64,000 nt of DNA from the NCBI GenBank assembly GCA_038883775.1, contig JAVZLM010000006.1, positions 32,001 to 96,000 on the forward strand. The letters run 5' to 3'. The notes beneath the pieces were generated by a model. It was given only the letters and a program-made list of their open reading frames with translations. It searched no databases and was not told the DNA's origin. Below, in pieces: positions 10,649-21,110 of the stretch (the stretch's first letter is position 1; each line of letters begins with the position of its first letter). Made by a program: the position numbers and the translations under genes. The stretch comes from Candidatus Bathyarchaeia archaeon (GTDB lineage: Archaea; Thermoproteota; Bathyarchaeia; Bathyarchaeales; Bathycorpusculaceae).

Positions 10649-10733
10649 AACGCTTCATCTAAAGGAAAGATTTGTAGAGCATGCTATAAACTATTTCAGC
10701 CTTCCCGTCTAATAGAATAATAGGGTTTAAACA

Positions 10734-11363
10734 TTGCCTCCAAAGAAATCAAAACCGCATAAGCCTCTTGGCACTTTCTCCATATTAGCCACATCACAAG
10801 ACTCCAATCTTATGGGCGTTGCCACAGCCTCAGGCTCCACTAACGTAGGCGACAGGGTTCCCCACGCAAAACCAGGAGTAGGCGTAATTGCCACCCAAGC
10901 TTATACAAACATTGCTTATGGCGTTAAAGGTTTGGAACTGCTTCGGGAGGACTTGTCTCCAGAGCAAGTCTTAACCAAACTTTTGATGGAGGATTTGGAA
11001 AGAAACATGAGGCAGGTAGCGATAATGGATTTTAAAGGAAGAAAGGCGGTTTTTACTGGTTGTGGTGTTCCAGAATTTTATGCAGAATTTGTTGGAAAAG
11101 ATTATGTTGTTATTGGAAATTTGCTTTCCACAAAAGATGTTGTCAAGAGTATGGCAAGGGAGTTTGAAGTTTCCGAAGGAAGCTTAGCCTTACGAATGGT
11201 GAAGGCATTGGAAGCTGGAAGCAAAAGTGGCGGAGACAAGCGTGGTGAAAGATCGGCAGCCTTTATAGTAGTTAGCGGCGAAAAGGTGGAAATTGAAATA
11301 AAGATTAGCATGCATGAACAGCCTATTGAAGAGCTATCTCGCAGGCTGAAATGTCAAAGTTAA
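10734..11363 (+). CDS. DUF1028 Ntn-hydrolase family protein
   Basis: TFSILA..., GVGVIATQA, RQVAIMD, GGDKRGERSAA. Confidence 0.85.
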   Translation: MPPKKSKPHKPLGTFSILATSQDSNLMGVATASGSTNVGDRVPHAKPGVGVIATQAYTNIAYGVKGLELLREDLSPEQVLTKLLMEDLERNMRQVAIMDFKGRKAVFTGCGVPEFYAEFVGKDYVVIGNLLSTKDVVKSMAREFEVSEGSLALRMVKALEAGSKSGGDKRGERSAAFIVVSGEKVEIEIKISMHEQPIEELSRRLKCQS

Positions 11364-11450
11364 ATCATCTAATGTTAGAAGGAGCTTTCTTTCCGAAAAT
11401 TCTTATATCTTTAAAAATTGAACATCCTTTTCCCACGCTGATGAGGTTAT

Positions 11451-12431
11451 TTGATGTCAATGAAAACCATGAAAAGGATTCTTGTAACTGGCGCCACTGG
11501 ACAAATTGGCTCTGAACTGACAATAGAGCTTCGGAAAAAATATGGTGGAGAAAATGTGATTGCGGCTGGGCATAAACGAAAACCAAGCCAAAAATTATTA
11601 GAGTCTGGTCCCTTCGAGTATGTTGACACCACATCAAAAGAAAGCATCGAGAAAGTGGTAAAAGAGTATGACATCGACACAATTTATCATTTGGCGGCTG
11701 TTCTCTCCGCCACTGGTGAAGAAAATCCGCAGTTGGCTTGGAACGTAAACATAAATGGTCTTTATAACGTGCTCGAAATTGCAAGAGAACAAAATTTAGT
11801 CAGAGTTTTTTGGCCCAGCTCTATTGCCGTTTTTGGTCCAGAAGCCCCCCGCATTAACACACCTCAAGATACAATCTTAATTCCAAGAACTATTTATGGT
11901 GTTACAAAGGTCGCTGGCGAACTTTTATGCAATTATTATTTTACGCGTTTTGGTTTGGATGTCCGTAGTGTTCGTTATCCAGGCATTATAAGTTGTGAGA
12001 CTCCTCCCGGTGGGGGTACAACGGATTATGCCGTTGAAATTTTTTACGAAGCCATAAAGAATAAGCGTTATACATGTTTTGTGAGGGAGGATACGGTTTT
12101 GCCGATGATGTATATGCCTGACTGCATTAATGCGGCTTTAAAGCTTATGGATGCTGATTCTTCTCGGATAAGACATCGCACAAGTTACAATGTGACTGCT
12201 ATGAGTTTTTCGGCTGGGGAATTGGCAGCTGAAATAAGGAAGTATATTCCCGATTTTAAATGCGAATATAAACCTGATTTTAGGCAGAAGATTGCGGACT
12301 CTTGGCCCATGTCAATAGATGACAGTGTAGCCCGTCGGGAGTGGGGATGGAATCCAAAATATGATTTGACTTCTATGGTTAGGGATATGATTGAAAAACT
12401 GAAAAAACGCTTTGCTGAAGGTGGTTTCTAA
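11451..12431 (+). CDS. SDR-type L-threonine 3-dehydrogenase (NAD-dependent epimerase family)
   Basis: ILVTGATGQIGSEL, YHLAAVLSATGE, PSSIAVFG, YGVTK, PPGGGTTDYAV, IADSWP; adjacent to a kbl-like gene. Confidence 0.85.
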   Translation: MMSMKTMKRILVTGATGQIGSELTIELRKKYGGENVIAAGHKRKPSQKLLESGPFEYVDTTSKESIEKVVKEYDIDTIYHLAAVLSATGEENPQLAWNVNINGLYNVLEIAREQNLVRVFWPSSIAVFGPEAPRINTPQDTILIPRTIYGVTKVAGELLCNYYFTRFGLDVRSVRYPGIISCETPPGGGTTDYAVEIFYEAIKNKRYTCFVREDTVLPMMYMPDCINAALKLMDADSSRIRHRTSYNVTAMSFSAGELAAEIRKYIPDFKCEYKPDFRQKIADSWPMSIDDSVARREWGWNPKYDLTSMVRDMIEKLKKRFAEGGF

Positions 12432-12495
12432 ACTTACGTTCCTGCAAGAATGGTATAGGAAATGTTAAAAGATAGCAAAAATAAGTTTTTAGAAG

Positions 12496-13707
12496 GTGGT
12501 TAATTTGGTTATTAAACGTCATCCAACCAAATATTTAGGCGAAGAATATCAACGTTTGGTCCATGAAAACCTCAACTGGGAACTTAAGGTTTTGGAAAGT
12601 GCAAGCGAACCCATCTGCATAGTGAATGGAAAAAAGGTTCTAATGCTCTGCGCAAACAACTACCTAAACCTTGCAACACACCCAAAAGTTGTTAAGGCAA
12701 TGATAGAAGCAACCGAAAAATATGGGGCAGGCGCAGGAAGCGACAGGTCAATTTCAGGTAACATGACTCTTCATGAGGAATTAGACCGGCGTCTTGCAAA
12801 ATTCAAAAACGCTCCAGCCTCATTAACGTTTCAAACGGGTTTTATGGCTAATGAGGGTGTTATCCCGCAGCTTGCTGACAAGGGCGACTTGTTCGTTTCA
12901 GACGAATTAAACCATGGCTCCATAATCGACGGCGTAAGACTAAGCCATGCTGATAGGGCAATATTTAAGCATAAAGATGTGGAGGATTTGGCACGGGTTA
13001 TGGATGAAGCTGAAAAGCATGATCCGCCATACAGGCATATATGGATTCTTACAGATGGGGTTTTCAGCATGGACGGCGACACAGCTCCATTACCAGAAAT
13101 TGCAAAAATCGCAAAAGAACATGGTGCAGGTGTCTATGTTGATGATGCGCATGGTGAAGGCGTTTTAGGCGAAGGCGGAAGAGGCATAGTCAACCATTAT
13201 AAACTCTCACGCGACGAGGTTCATGTTGAAATGGGAACCTTTTCCAAAGCCTTCGGAGTTATAGGCGGGCATATAACCGGCGGAGAAGATTTGCGCAACT
13301 TTGCCTATAACAAAGCGCGGAGTTGGCTTTTAAGCGGTGCTGTGCCGCCTGGTGTTGCTGCTGCTTGCATTGCAGCCATAGATGTTTTGGAAACAGAACC
13401 GCAGCATGTAAGGAAAGTTTGGGAGAACCGCAATCATCTCCTCGAAGGTTTGCAGGATGCTGGTTTTGATACTGGAAACACTGAAACGCCAATAATCCCC
13501 GTCATGTGTGGCAGAAGCAAGGCTGCAAAGGATTTGGCTGATTATCTTTGGTCGAAGGAAATATTTGTCTTGCCAATATTTTATCCAATGGTGGCGAGGG
13601 ACAAAGCCAGAATTCGCGTCCAAGTTTGCACAAAACACACCACAGAACAGTTGGATAGAGCCATAGAAGCCTTCAAACAAGGCGGCAAAAACCTCCGAAT
13701 AATCTAA
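12496..13707 (+). CDS. kbl: glycine C-acetyltransferase (2-amino-3-ketobutyrate CoA ligase), class II aminotransferase
   Basis: LCANNYLNLA, SDELNHGSIIDG, TDGVFSMDG, VDDAHGEG, GTFSKAFG, KARIRVQ; paired with threonine dehydrogenase. Confidence 0.8.
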   Translation: MVNLVIKRHPTKYLGEEYQRLVHENLNWELKVLESASEPICIVNGKKVLMLCANNYLNLATHPKVVKAMIEATEKYGAGAGSDRSISGNMTLHEELDRRLAKFKNAPASLTFQTGFMANEGVIPQLADKGDLFVSDELNHGSIIDGVRLSHADRAIFKHKDVEDLARVMDEAEKHDPPYRHIWILTDGVFSMDGDTAPLPEIAKIAKEHGAGVYVDDAHGEGVLGEGGRGIVNHYKLSRDEVHVEMGTFSKAFGVIGGHITGGEDLRNFAYNKARSWLLSGAVPPGVAAACIAAIDVLETEPQHVRKVWENRNHLLEGLQDAGFDTGNTETPIIPVMCGRSKAAKDLADYLWSKEIFVLPIFYPMVARDKARIRVQVCTKHTTEQLDRAIEAFKQGGKNLRII

Positions 13708-13823
13708 AACCCAGAACCTCCACTCCTTATTTCTTTCAATAGAATTACTATACTTTACCGCGTTTTTGTTCGCGCATTAGAAGCGTTAAATTATTACGGC
13801 ATAACATTAACCTTGGTGGGATT

Positions 13824-14300
13824 ATGGCCGAAAAATTGGTGCGGCTTGTTGGATACTGTGGCTGTTATTGCGGCCTTTGCGGTGTTAGGGCATGTTTCTC
13901 TAAACATGCACGTCAGCTTAAGGAAACACTTCGCCAAGAAGGAATGGATTATTGGTACAAGTATGTGCCTTCTATGCGAGAAACTTTTCCAGTTTTCTGG
14001 AAGTTCCTCGAAGACTTAACAAACTATGAGTGCTCTTGTAGGACTGGCGGCGGCCCGTCAACATGTAAGATAAGGCGCTGTGCAAAAAAGAAAGGGGTAT
14101 CCGTATGCCCTTTCTGCGAACAATATCCATGTACCCTAATCGAGAATTATAACAAAGTTTACCCAACAACTGTTGAGGATGGAAAGAGGCTAAGGGAAAT
14201 AGGCCTTGAGGCTTGGGTCAAAGAGCAAGAAGAAAGGGCTAAGAAGGGCTTCATATACGCACAAATCAAAATCCAAAGAAAAGACGTGGCGTGGACTTAA
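13824..14300 (+). CDS. DUF3795 Cys-rich protein
   Basis: GYCGCYCGLC ... CSCRTGGG..CKIRRCA..KGV.VCPFCEQYPC. Confidence 0.8.
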   Translation: MAEKLVRLVGYCGCYCGLCGVRACFSKHARQLKETLRQEGMDYWYKYVPSMRETFPVFWKFLEDLTNYECSCRTGGGPSTCKIRRCAKKKGVSVCPFCEQYPCTLIENYNKVYPTTVEDGKRLREIGLEAWVKEQEERAKKGFIYAQIKIQRKDVAWT

Positions 14301-14368
14301 CCATAAACAACAGCGCTATTATAATAACCACTGTTTATTTAAATTCACGTTCTCCTATTTTCATTTTA

Positions 14369-14980
14369 ATGTCAGAAATTGCTAAAGAGAAGCAGCGATT
14401 GCGAGAGAAAATCTGGCGTGAAATGGAAAAGTTTGGAGTAGCTGCCTTTCCGCTTCCGTGCTGGGGGAGAATTCCAAATTTTTCTAGAGCATCCGTTGCC
14501 GCTGAAAAACTGCGCCAACTGGAAGAATGGCGAAAAGCAAAAGTCATATTTGCCAATCCAGACTCGCCACAACAAAAGGTTAGAGAAAACGCCCTTAAAG
14601 ATGGAAAAATCCTTATAATGGCTTCTCCAAGACTCAAAAGAGGCTTCATTCTAATTGACCCAGCCAAAGCAAAGGGAAAAGAACGTTTTGCCTCAACCAT
14701 TAAGGGCGCATTCCAATATGGAACGGAAACACGCTCTTTTCCGAAGCCAGACTTAATAGTTGAAGGTTCTGTGGCTGTTGATTTGCATGGACATAGACTT
14801 GGGAAGGGACACGGCTACGGCGACGTGGAAATAGCCATCCTAAAGAGAATGTTTGGAGAAATCCCCATAGTAACAACAGTCCATGACATGCAAGTGATTG
14901 AGGCTGTCCCGTTTGAGGAAAAAGATGAGAAAGTATCCCTAATTGTTACGCCTACAAAAGTTATTCGCATAACCACCTAA
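14369..14980 (+). CDS. 5-formyltetrahydrofolate cyclo-ligase family protein (MTHFSD-like)
   Basis: KQRLREKIW, GRIPNF, NPDSPQ, GSVAVD..G.RLGKGHGYGDVE, TTVHD; ATG at 14369 preferred over GTG at 14291. Confidence 0.85.
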   Translation: MSEIAKEKQRLREKIWREMEKFGVAAFPLPCWGRIPNFSRASVAAEKLRQLEEWRKAKVIFANPDSPQQKVRENALKDGKILIMASPRLKRGFILIDPAKAKGKERFASTIKGAFQYGTETRSFPKPDLIVEGSVAVDLHGHRLGKGHGYGDVEIAILKRMFGEIPIVTTVHDMQVIEAVPFEEKDEKVSLIVTPTKVIRITT

Positions 14981-15091
14981 ATTTTGTAGTGCAGAAAATC
15001 TAGAGAGGGTATCGAATTTAATACATTCCACAAGCCTAAACTAGAGGTAGGGTCCGTATTGGTTATTTTTTGTGTCAAAAGTATGTTGTTT

Positions 15092-16960
15092 TCAGCGTAG
15101 TTTTTCCAAAGCCTTGTCAACATCCTCTAGTCCAAGCTTTCTAAGAGTTTCTGTTTTTGGAATGCCATTCTCGTCCCAGCCCACAGCCTCATAATACTTT
15201 GCAATTTCACCTTCAACCTCAGCCTTGTTAACGGTTTTTCCCTTGTATGGTCCAGATGGCAGGGGTTCGTAAAATCTTGGCGGATTGGCATCGTGAATTT
15301 TTGGTTTCCATTTTAAGTCTGGTCCGCCCAGCAGCAGCATTGCCCTTTGCAGTTGCAGTATCCTTAAGGCCTTTGGATTAAGCCACTCTTCTTGTGTTAA
15401 TTCTATGCCCGTGACTGCCTTGTAAAATTCAAATTTCAAGTTGCGTGGGATTCCAAAAACATTGAAGTAACAGTATACTGCTGAATCGTTAAAAGTCATT
15501 ACTAACTCACTTCTGAAATCATGTAGAGGGAAGCATGCGGTGGATGTGTGGTCTCCGCCTTGGACTGAGCAAGCATAAGAATAGGGTTCGGGATAGTCTT
15601 TTCCGCTGCGGATTCCGTGGGCGCCTATGGCTATGCCCTTGCTTTGAACCGCATAAGCTAACACATCTTTTCCTTTCATTTTGCCAATTTTTAAGGCTGC
15701 ACGATAAGTTCCTTCTGCCAACAAATTGCCTATGCCTTCTCTGAAGGCGATTTTTCTGGCTAGTGTTGCAAAGGCTTCAGTGTTGCCCCAACGAAGCTCT
15801 AAACCGTCTAAATCCTCCTTTGTCAAAATTCCTCTCTGGAATAGTTCTGCTGCAAATCCAAGCACATTTCCCGTTTGTATTCCACATAACCCCAAATCAT
15901 CAATTAATGATGCGAGGAAAACGTTTTCTTCTGGAGTGAATATTCCAAGGTTTGGACCTAAATACGCTTGCAATTCATAGTCTGGGTTATCCGTTATTGC
16001 GCCTTTAAACTTCCCAGCTTTGACTACAGCGATTTTTAGGCATGTTGTTGGACAACCAAAATCACCCCAATAAGGCTTTATCCAAACTCTATTCTCAAAC
16101 TGGTCCACACCGAAGCTTTTCTCATCATGCCACTCCTCCTGCCAGTTCCTAATGGGTTCGGAGCTTGTTTTTGCCCCAACCTCGTAGCCAGCAGCTCCAG
16201 TTCCCCACCGTCGCCATAACTCGCTTTCATAAACATCTTTGCATACGCTTTGCATCAGCCTCTTAACGCTTTTCATGTCAGCAACCTCTGGCAGCGGTCC
16301 AGTTCCCTTTACGGCTATGGCTTTAAGCTTTTTTGAACCCATAACTGCACCGTACCCGCCATAACCAGCTGCATGAGTCCACTTGGCTGCAACCACAGCG
16401 GTTCGCACTTTATTTTCTCCTGCTGGACCAATGTAGAGTATTGCTGGTTCTCTCCATTCACCCTTTCTTGGAAATCGCTCTCGCAGAAGTTCTCTGCATT
16501 CCTTCGTTATCTTTGAAACCGTTTGCTTGGCATCTTCGCCCCAAACGTGGTTGGCTTTTCTAATTTCCACTTCCGAATCCTTAACAAACAAATAAACGGG
16601 CTCTTCCGAGGCGCCAGTAACTATTATGCCGTCATAACCAGCACATTTAAGCTCGACACCAAATTCGCCTGCAACCGTGGAGCCTACGACGCCATTGCTT
16701 TGGGGAGATTTTCCGGAAACGCATATTCTTCCGCCTGGAAAGAATCCTGTAAGAGGACCAGTTAAAAAGAGGAGTATATTCTCTGGTTCAAGAGGGTCTA
16801 TCTCGCTCCATCTACTTCCCAACCTATCCCAAAGAATTTTTGCCGCTAAACCTCTACCGCCAATGTAATTTCTTAAAATATCGTCACTAAATGTGGTCTC
16901 CTTTATGTTTTTTGTGGAAAGGTCGACTTCAAGAAACTTTCCAGCATAACCCAAAATCAT
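15092..16960 (-). CDS. tungsten aldehyde:ferredoxin oxidoreductase family protein, second subfamily
   Basis: GYAGKFLEVDLS, IGGRGLA, GKSPQS, GAVMGSKKLKA, DFGCPTTC, DDLGL, GWDENGIP. Confidence 0.9.
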   Translation of the reverse strand: MILGYAGKFLEVDLSTKNIKETTFSDDILRNYIGGRGLAAKILWDRLGSRWSEIDPLEPENILLFLTGPLTGFFPGGRICVSGKSPQSNGVVGSTVAGEFGVELKCAGYDGIIVTGASEEPVYLFVKDSEVEIRKANHVWGEDAKQTVSKITKECRELLRERFPRKGEWREPAILYIGPAGENKVRTAVVAAKWTHAAGYGGYGAVMGSKKLKAIAVKGTGPLPEVADMKSVKRLMQSVCKDVYESELWRRWGTGAAGYEVGAKTSSEPIRNWQEEWHDEKSFGVDQFENRVWIKPYWGDFGCPTTCLKIAVVKAGKFKGAITDNPDYELQAYLGPNLGIFTPEENVFLASLIDDLGLCGIQTGNVLGFAAELFQRGILTKEDLDGLELRWGNTEAFATLARKIAFREGIGNLLAEGTYRAALKIGKMKGKDVLAYAVQSKGIAIGAHGIRSGKDYPEPYSYACSVQGGDHTSTACFPLHDFRSELVMTFNDSAVYCYFNVFGIPRNLKFEFYKAVTGIELTQEEWLNPKALRILQLQRAMLLLGGPDLKWKPKIHDANPPRFYEPLPSGPYKGKTVNKAEVEGEIAKYYEAVGWDENGIPKTETLRKLGLEDVDKALEKLR

Positions 16961-17484
16961 AACAGCTTCTCTCCTTCTTCTCCATAAATTTTGATAGCTA
17001 AATCCCGCGTAATTTCTTCTGGCTTGCGGGCGTAAAGCTTGTAAGCCCCTTCTTTTCTAGCAACTTTTGTTAAGACGTTCCATCCACCTTCTCGGCAAAC
17101 TTTTAGACATTGCGGATTTCCCTTGCATAAGTCGCAGATTAGTATATAATTTTCAGTTGGGTGCATATGCGGGATTCTGCCAGGACAAGCATCAATGCAT
17201 TTTCCGCAACCAATACACTTATCCTTCTTCACCAAAACTGCGCCAGTTTCTTTGCTTATGGATAACGCTTTAACTGGACAAGCTTTTACACAGGGATAGT
17301 CTTCGCATTGTGCACAAAAATGCGGAAAATCCAAGCCTGGAACTAACATGAAAACCCTTATTCTTGAAGCTTCTGGCCATATGCGATTTTCATGGAAAAG
17401 TGAACATGCGATTTCGCATTTTCTGCAGCCGCTGCATTTTGAAAGTTCTCTCGCTATCCATATGGGCTCCTTTTTTGTTGGCAA
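16957..17484 (-). CDS. 4Fe-4S ferredoxin-like small subunit of the adjacent oxidoreductase
   Basis: CSGCRKCEIAC, CAQCEDYPCVKACP, CIGCGKCIDACP, CDLC...PQC..VC; 4-bp overlap with the AOR gene. Confidence 0.9.
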   Translation of the reverse strand: MPTKKEPIWIARELSKCSGCRKCEIACSLFHENRIWPEASRIRVFMLVPGLDFPHFCAQCEDYPCVKACPVKALSISKETGAVLVKKDKCIGCGKCIDACPGRIPHMHPTENYILICDLCKGNPQCLKVCREGGWNVLTKVARKEGAYKLYARKPEEITRDLAIKIYGEEGEKLL

Positions 17485-17607
17485 ATTAAGGTCATCCCTT
17501 AAAGTAATAAATTTCTTTTAGCCATATTCCCATTTAAGTGTCTTACGGCTTATGATAACAGCTTTAAATGATAGTTTATAATTTCTGTTGAGAAGAGGTC
17601 ATAGCAA

Positions 17608-18174
17608 TTGGCTACTCTGTATGAGCTATTAGGCATTCTGGTCACCTCTTTTGCTTTAAACATTATACCTTTCATGGGGCCATCTAACATGCTAATTGCC
17701 TCAAACGCTGCCTTAATTGTAAACGCTGACCCTTTCACAATAGGCTTCCTTGTGGCTTTAGGTTCAGCTTTGGCAAAGTCCATCCATTATGTCATCACAT
17801 TCTTTGTCAGCGGTTTCCTCAGCGAAGAGCGTAGAAAACGTCTTGATGCGGCTGGGTTAAAACTCAAACATTGGGCTTTTTTGGCGCTATTTATTGTTGC
17901 AGCTTCGCCATTGCCAGACGAGCCGGTGGTTGTGCCGTTAGGTATATTAAAGTATAATCCACTCAAGTTTTTTGCATCCTACTTTATTGGGAAACTTTTA
18001 ATCGCCGTTGTGGGCGCTTACTTAGGAAGGGCGGGTCAACAACTTCTGGAGCCTTGGATAAGCCAAGAAATTCTGATGGTAGCATCAATAATTCTTACTA
18101 TAATTGTAACTGTGATTTTGTTAAAAGTTGACATAGGTGAAATTGTAAAGAGAATCCTTAAAAGAAAATCTTAA
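17608..18174 (+). CDS. DedA/VTT (SNARE-associated) membrane protein
   Basis: hydrophobic; FIVAASPLPDE.VVVPLG...Y...KFF.SYFIGK. Confidence 0.75.
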   Translation: MATLYELLGILVTSFALNIIPFMGPSNMLIASNAALIVNADPFTIGFLVALGSALAKSIHYVITFFVSGFLSEERRKRLDAAGLKLKHWAFLALFIVAASPLPDEPVVVPLGILKYNPLKFFASYFIGKLLIAVVGAYLGRAGQQLLEPWISQEILMVASIILTIIVTVILLKVDIGEIVKRILKRKS

Positions 18175-18246
18175 CAGTTACCATCCATTATAAATGTCTT
18201 TGTTTGCAAGAAAAGCTTTTAAGACTAAAATCAAGTTCAAAAAGCT

Positions 18247-19653
18247 ATGGCTGAAGAATCCGAAGAATTGCCAGAGCTTCCCTCGATAAGCAAATATAGA
18301 GACAAGATTGTTAACGGACCAATCGTCCGCACGTTCTTTTGGTTGGGGGTCCCACCACTCATAAATCAACTTATAATAGTGGCCTATAACTTAGCAGATG
18401 CTTACTGGCTAAGCGTCTACAGCGATATAACCGTGGCTATTCCGAGGCAAATGTGGCCGGTCATAGTTCTTTTTCAAGCGCTTTTGATGGCTTTGACAGC
18501 AGCTTGCTTAGGAATTGTTTCTCAATACATTGGAAGGAGAGCTTACGAGGACGCCAGCAAAGCTGCTTCACGCTTCTTCACCTTCTCCTTTACTGCAGGA
18601 GCAACATTAAGTCTTGTACTTTTAGCGCTTAGAAGCACAATTTTCACGTTTATTGTGTCTACTCCTCCAGAAATATTTGAGGATTTAATGAAATATTCTG
18701 GCATAATCGCCTTTGACATATTCTTTAATTACATAGCTCTAACATACACAACGTTACTGCAAAGCATAGGCGACACTAAAAAACCAGCCATCGTGAATGG
18801 GGTGGCTGTTGGCATTAACGCATTATTAGATCCATTTTTAGTATTAGGCATAGGACCCTTCCCAAGACTTGGTGTTGTGGGTGCTTCCGTCACAGATGTT
18901 ATGGGAAAGATGATATCAGTAAGCTGCTTAACCTACATACTTAGAAAAAAGTATCCCGAGCTGAAGGTAAGGTTTACTAAAGAAATAGATTTGGAGTGGG
19001 TTCGGTTAGTTCTTCGCATAGGCTTGCCTATTTTAGCATTAGGCTTAACGAATGGACTTGCCTTTCTCATGCAACTTAGAATCATTAATGCGCTGGGCAT
19101 TGTAGTAGCTACAGCTTTTTCCATAGGCTTTGTAATAAATGATATAGTTGACTCAGCCCTTTGGGGGTTAAGCGGAGCAACAGCCATAATGGTTGGGCAA
19201 AACTTGGGAGCAGAAAACCGTAAAAGAGCTAGAGAAGTTGCCTACAGAACTGCCCTTGTCATATTCGCGCTTATGTTTGTAAGCGCTAGCCTAATTTATC
19301 CCTTCCGGAGGGGGTTAGCCGATGTCTTCTCAGAAAATCCTGATATTATAAACGAGACAGACTTGTTTCTTTCCATATTGTTGCCAACGCTTCCATTTTT
19401 TGGGCTGTTCATAGTTGGCATGTCTACCGGAAGAGGCTCGGGACATACGCTGTTTCCCACATCTGTTGGGATATTGAGGCTTTGGGGGATACGTTTAGCC
19501 TTAGGCTATTTTTTAGCATTTATTTTGGGAATGGGCTCTATTGGGGCTTGGCTAGCCCTTTCCCTAAGCAATGTTATAGGCGGAACTGTTTCATTTATTT
19601 GGATAAAATATGGAAACTGGGCTGTACCAGTAGTAAAAAGGAAAATTCCGTGA
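18247..19653 (+). CDS. MATE family efflux transporter
   Basis: about 12 TM; YNLADAYW, GDTKKP, NALLDPFL, LGVVGA, VGQNLGA. Confidence 0.92.
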   Translation: MAEESEELPELPSISKYRDKIVNGPIVRTFFWLGVPPLINQLIIVAYNLADAYWLSVYSDITVAIPRQMWPVIVLFQALLMALTAACLGIVSQYIGRRAYEDASKAASRFFTFSFTAGATLSLVLLALRSTIFTFIVSTPPEIFEDLMKYSGIIAFDIFFNYIALTYTTLLQSIGDTKKPAIVNGVAVGINALLDPFLVLGIGPFPRLGVVGASVTDVMGKMISVSCLTYILRKKYPELKVRFTKEIDLEWVRLVLRIGLPILALGLTNGLAFLMQLRIINALGIVVATAFSIGFVINDIVDSALWGLSGATAIMVGQNLGAENRKRAREVAYRTALVIFALMFVSASLIYPFRRGLADVFSENPDIINETDLFLSILLPTLPFFGLFIVGMSTGRGSGHTLFPTSVGILRLWGIRLALGYFLAFILGMGSIGAWLALSLSNVIGGTVSFIWIKYGNWAVPVVKRKIP

Positions 19654-19724
19654 GAGAGTATTTGGACGTTATAAAGCGCAAATGAAATTAGCAGAATAGA
19701 CCAATATGAAATTAGGCCTAAAAC

Positions 19725-21008
19725 ATGAAAGTTATAGCTGATTTGCACATTCACGGTCGTTACAGTCGTGCAACAAGCGATAAAATGCATATTGAAGAGA
19801 TTGCGCGTTTTGCAAAAATTAAGGGTTTAAATTTGATTGGGACAGGCGATTTCACCCATCCAAAATGGCTTAAGGAACTTCAGGGAACCTTAATTCAAGA
19901 AGGAGACACAGGTTTATATAAGGTTGCAAAAAATCCCGAACTGCCAGTCTATTTTATGATAACAACTGAAGTTAGCACGGTTTTCACCTTTGAAAATGAA
20001 GTTAAAAAAATTCACCATGTCATCTTAACCCCAAATATAGAAACCGCCATCCAAATCAATGAAAGATTGGCGAAATATGGCAATTTAGCCATAGACGGCA
20101 GACCAACACTAAACATGGACGCCCCACATTTGGTTGAGGAAATCATGGAAATTTCAAAAGAAAACATGATATTTCCAGCCCACGCTTGGACGCCATGGTT
20201 CAGCATTTTCGGAGCTTTCAGCGGCTTCAACAGCGTAGAAGAATGCTACCAAGACATGACAAAACACATTCACGCTTTGGAAACCGGGCTCTCCTCAGAC
20301 CCGCCTATGAATTGGCGTTTAAGCAAACTTGACAAATTCGCCTTAGTTTCCAACAGTGATAGCCACAGTTTTTGGCCTTGGCGCATGGGAAGAGAAGCTA
20401 ACGTTTTTGAACTTAAGGAGCCAAGCTATAATGACGTTGTGAATGCCATTCGATTTAAGGATAAAGCACATTTCAAATTTACTATCGAAACAGACCCCGC
20501 CTATGGAAAATACCACTGGACTGGCCACAGAAACTGCAATGTATCCCTCCCAGCAGCGGAAGCAATTAAAATTGGAAACATTTGCCCTGTTTGCCATAAA
20601 AAACTCACAAAGGGTGTTGAACAGCGTGTGGAAGAATTAGCTGACCGTCCGTCCGGTTTTAAACCTCCAGACGCTATAGATTTCATGCATTTGCTTCCGC
20701 TTTCTGAAATAATCGCAACCATCTTAGGCGTGGATTCACCATCCACCCAGCAAGTGTGGAACATTTACAATGCTTTTGTTGAAAGATTCGGCGATGAATA
20801 CACGGTGCTCATTGACGCTTCAAAAGAAGATTTACGCTCCCTTAATGAAAAAATTGCCGATGCAATAATCAGGGTTAGGGAAGGACAAGTTAAAGTGTCG
20901 CCTGGCTATGACGGTGTTTATGGGCAACTTATCCTTTCTGAAGAACAAACTGCACGAAAATCCGCAGCCCAAAGAGTTCAACAGTTGAATCTTACAGACT
21001 TTATGTAA
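19725..21008 (+). CDS. endonuclease Q (PHP domain + Zn ribbon)
   Basis: ADLHIHGRYSRATS, GTGDFTHP, PAHAWTPWF, ETGLSSDP, SNSDSHS, GKYHWTGHRNC, CPVC; C-terminal QQLNLTDFM resembles a PCNA PIP box. Confidence 0.9.
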   Translation: MKVIADLHIHGRYSRATSDKMHIEEIARFAKIKGLNLIGTGDFTHPKWLKELQGTLIQEGDTGLYKVAKNPELPVYFMITTEVSTVFTFENEVKKIHHVILTPNIETAIQINERLAKYGNLAIDGRPTLNMDAPHLVEEIMEISKENMIFPAHAWTPWFSIFGAFSGFNSVEECYQDMTKHIHALETGLSSDPPMNWRLSKLDKFALVSNSDSHSFWPWRMGREANVFELKEPSYNDVVNAIRFKDKAHFKFTIETDPAYGKYHWTGHRNCNVSLPAAEAIKIGNICPVCHKKLTKGVEQRVEELADRPSGFKPPDAIDFMHLLPLSEIIATILGVDSPSTQQVWNIYNAFVERFGDEYTVLIDASKEDLRSLNEKIADAIIRVREGQVKVSPGYDGVYGQLILSEEQTARKSAAQRVQQLNLTDFM

Positions 21009-21110
21009 CGCTTATTTCATGGACTTCATAGCGTATGTGTGTTGAACTGGTATACGACAAAGTTTATTAAGTCGCAATACACACGATAGTTCACTGCGAG
21101 GCTTGACACT

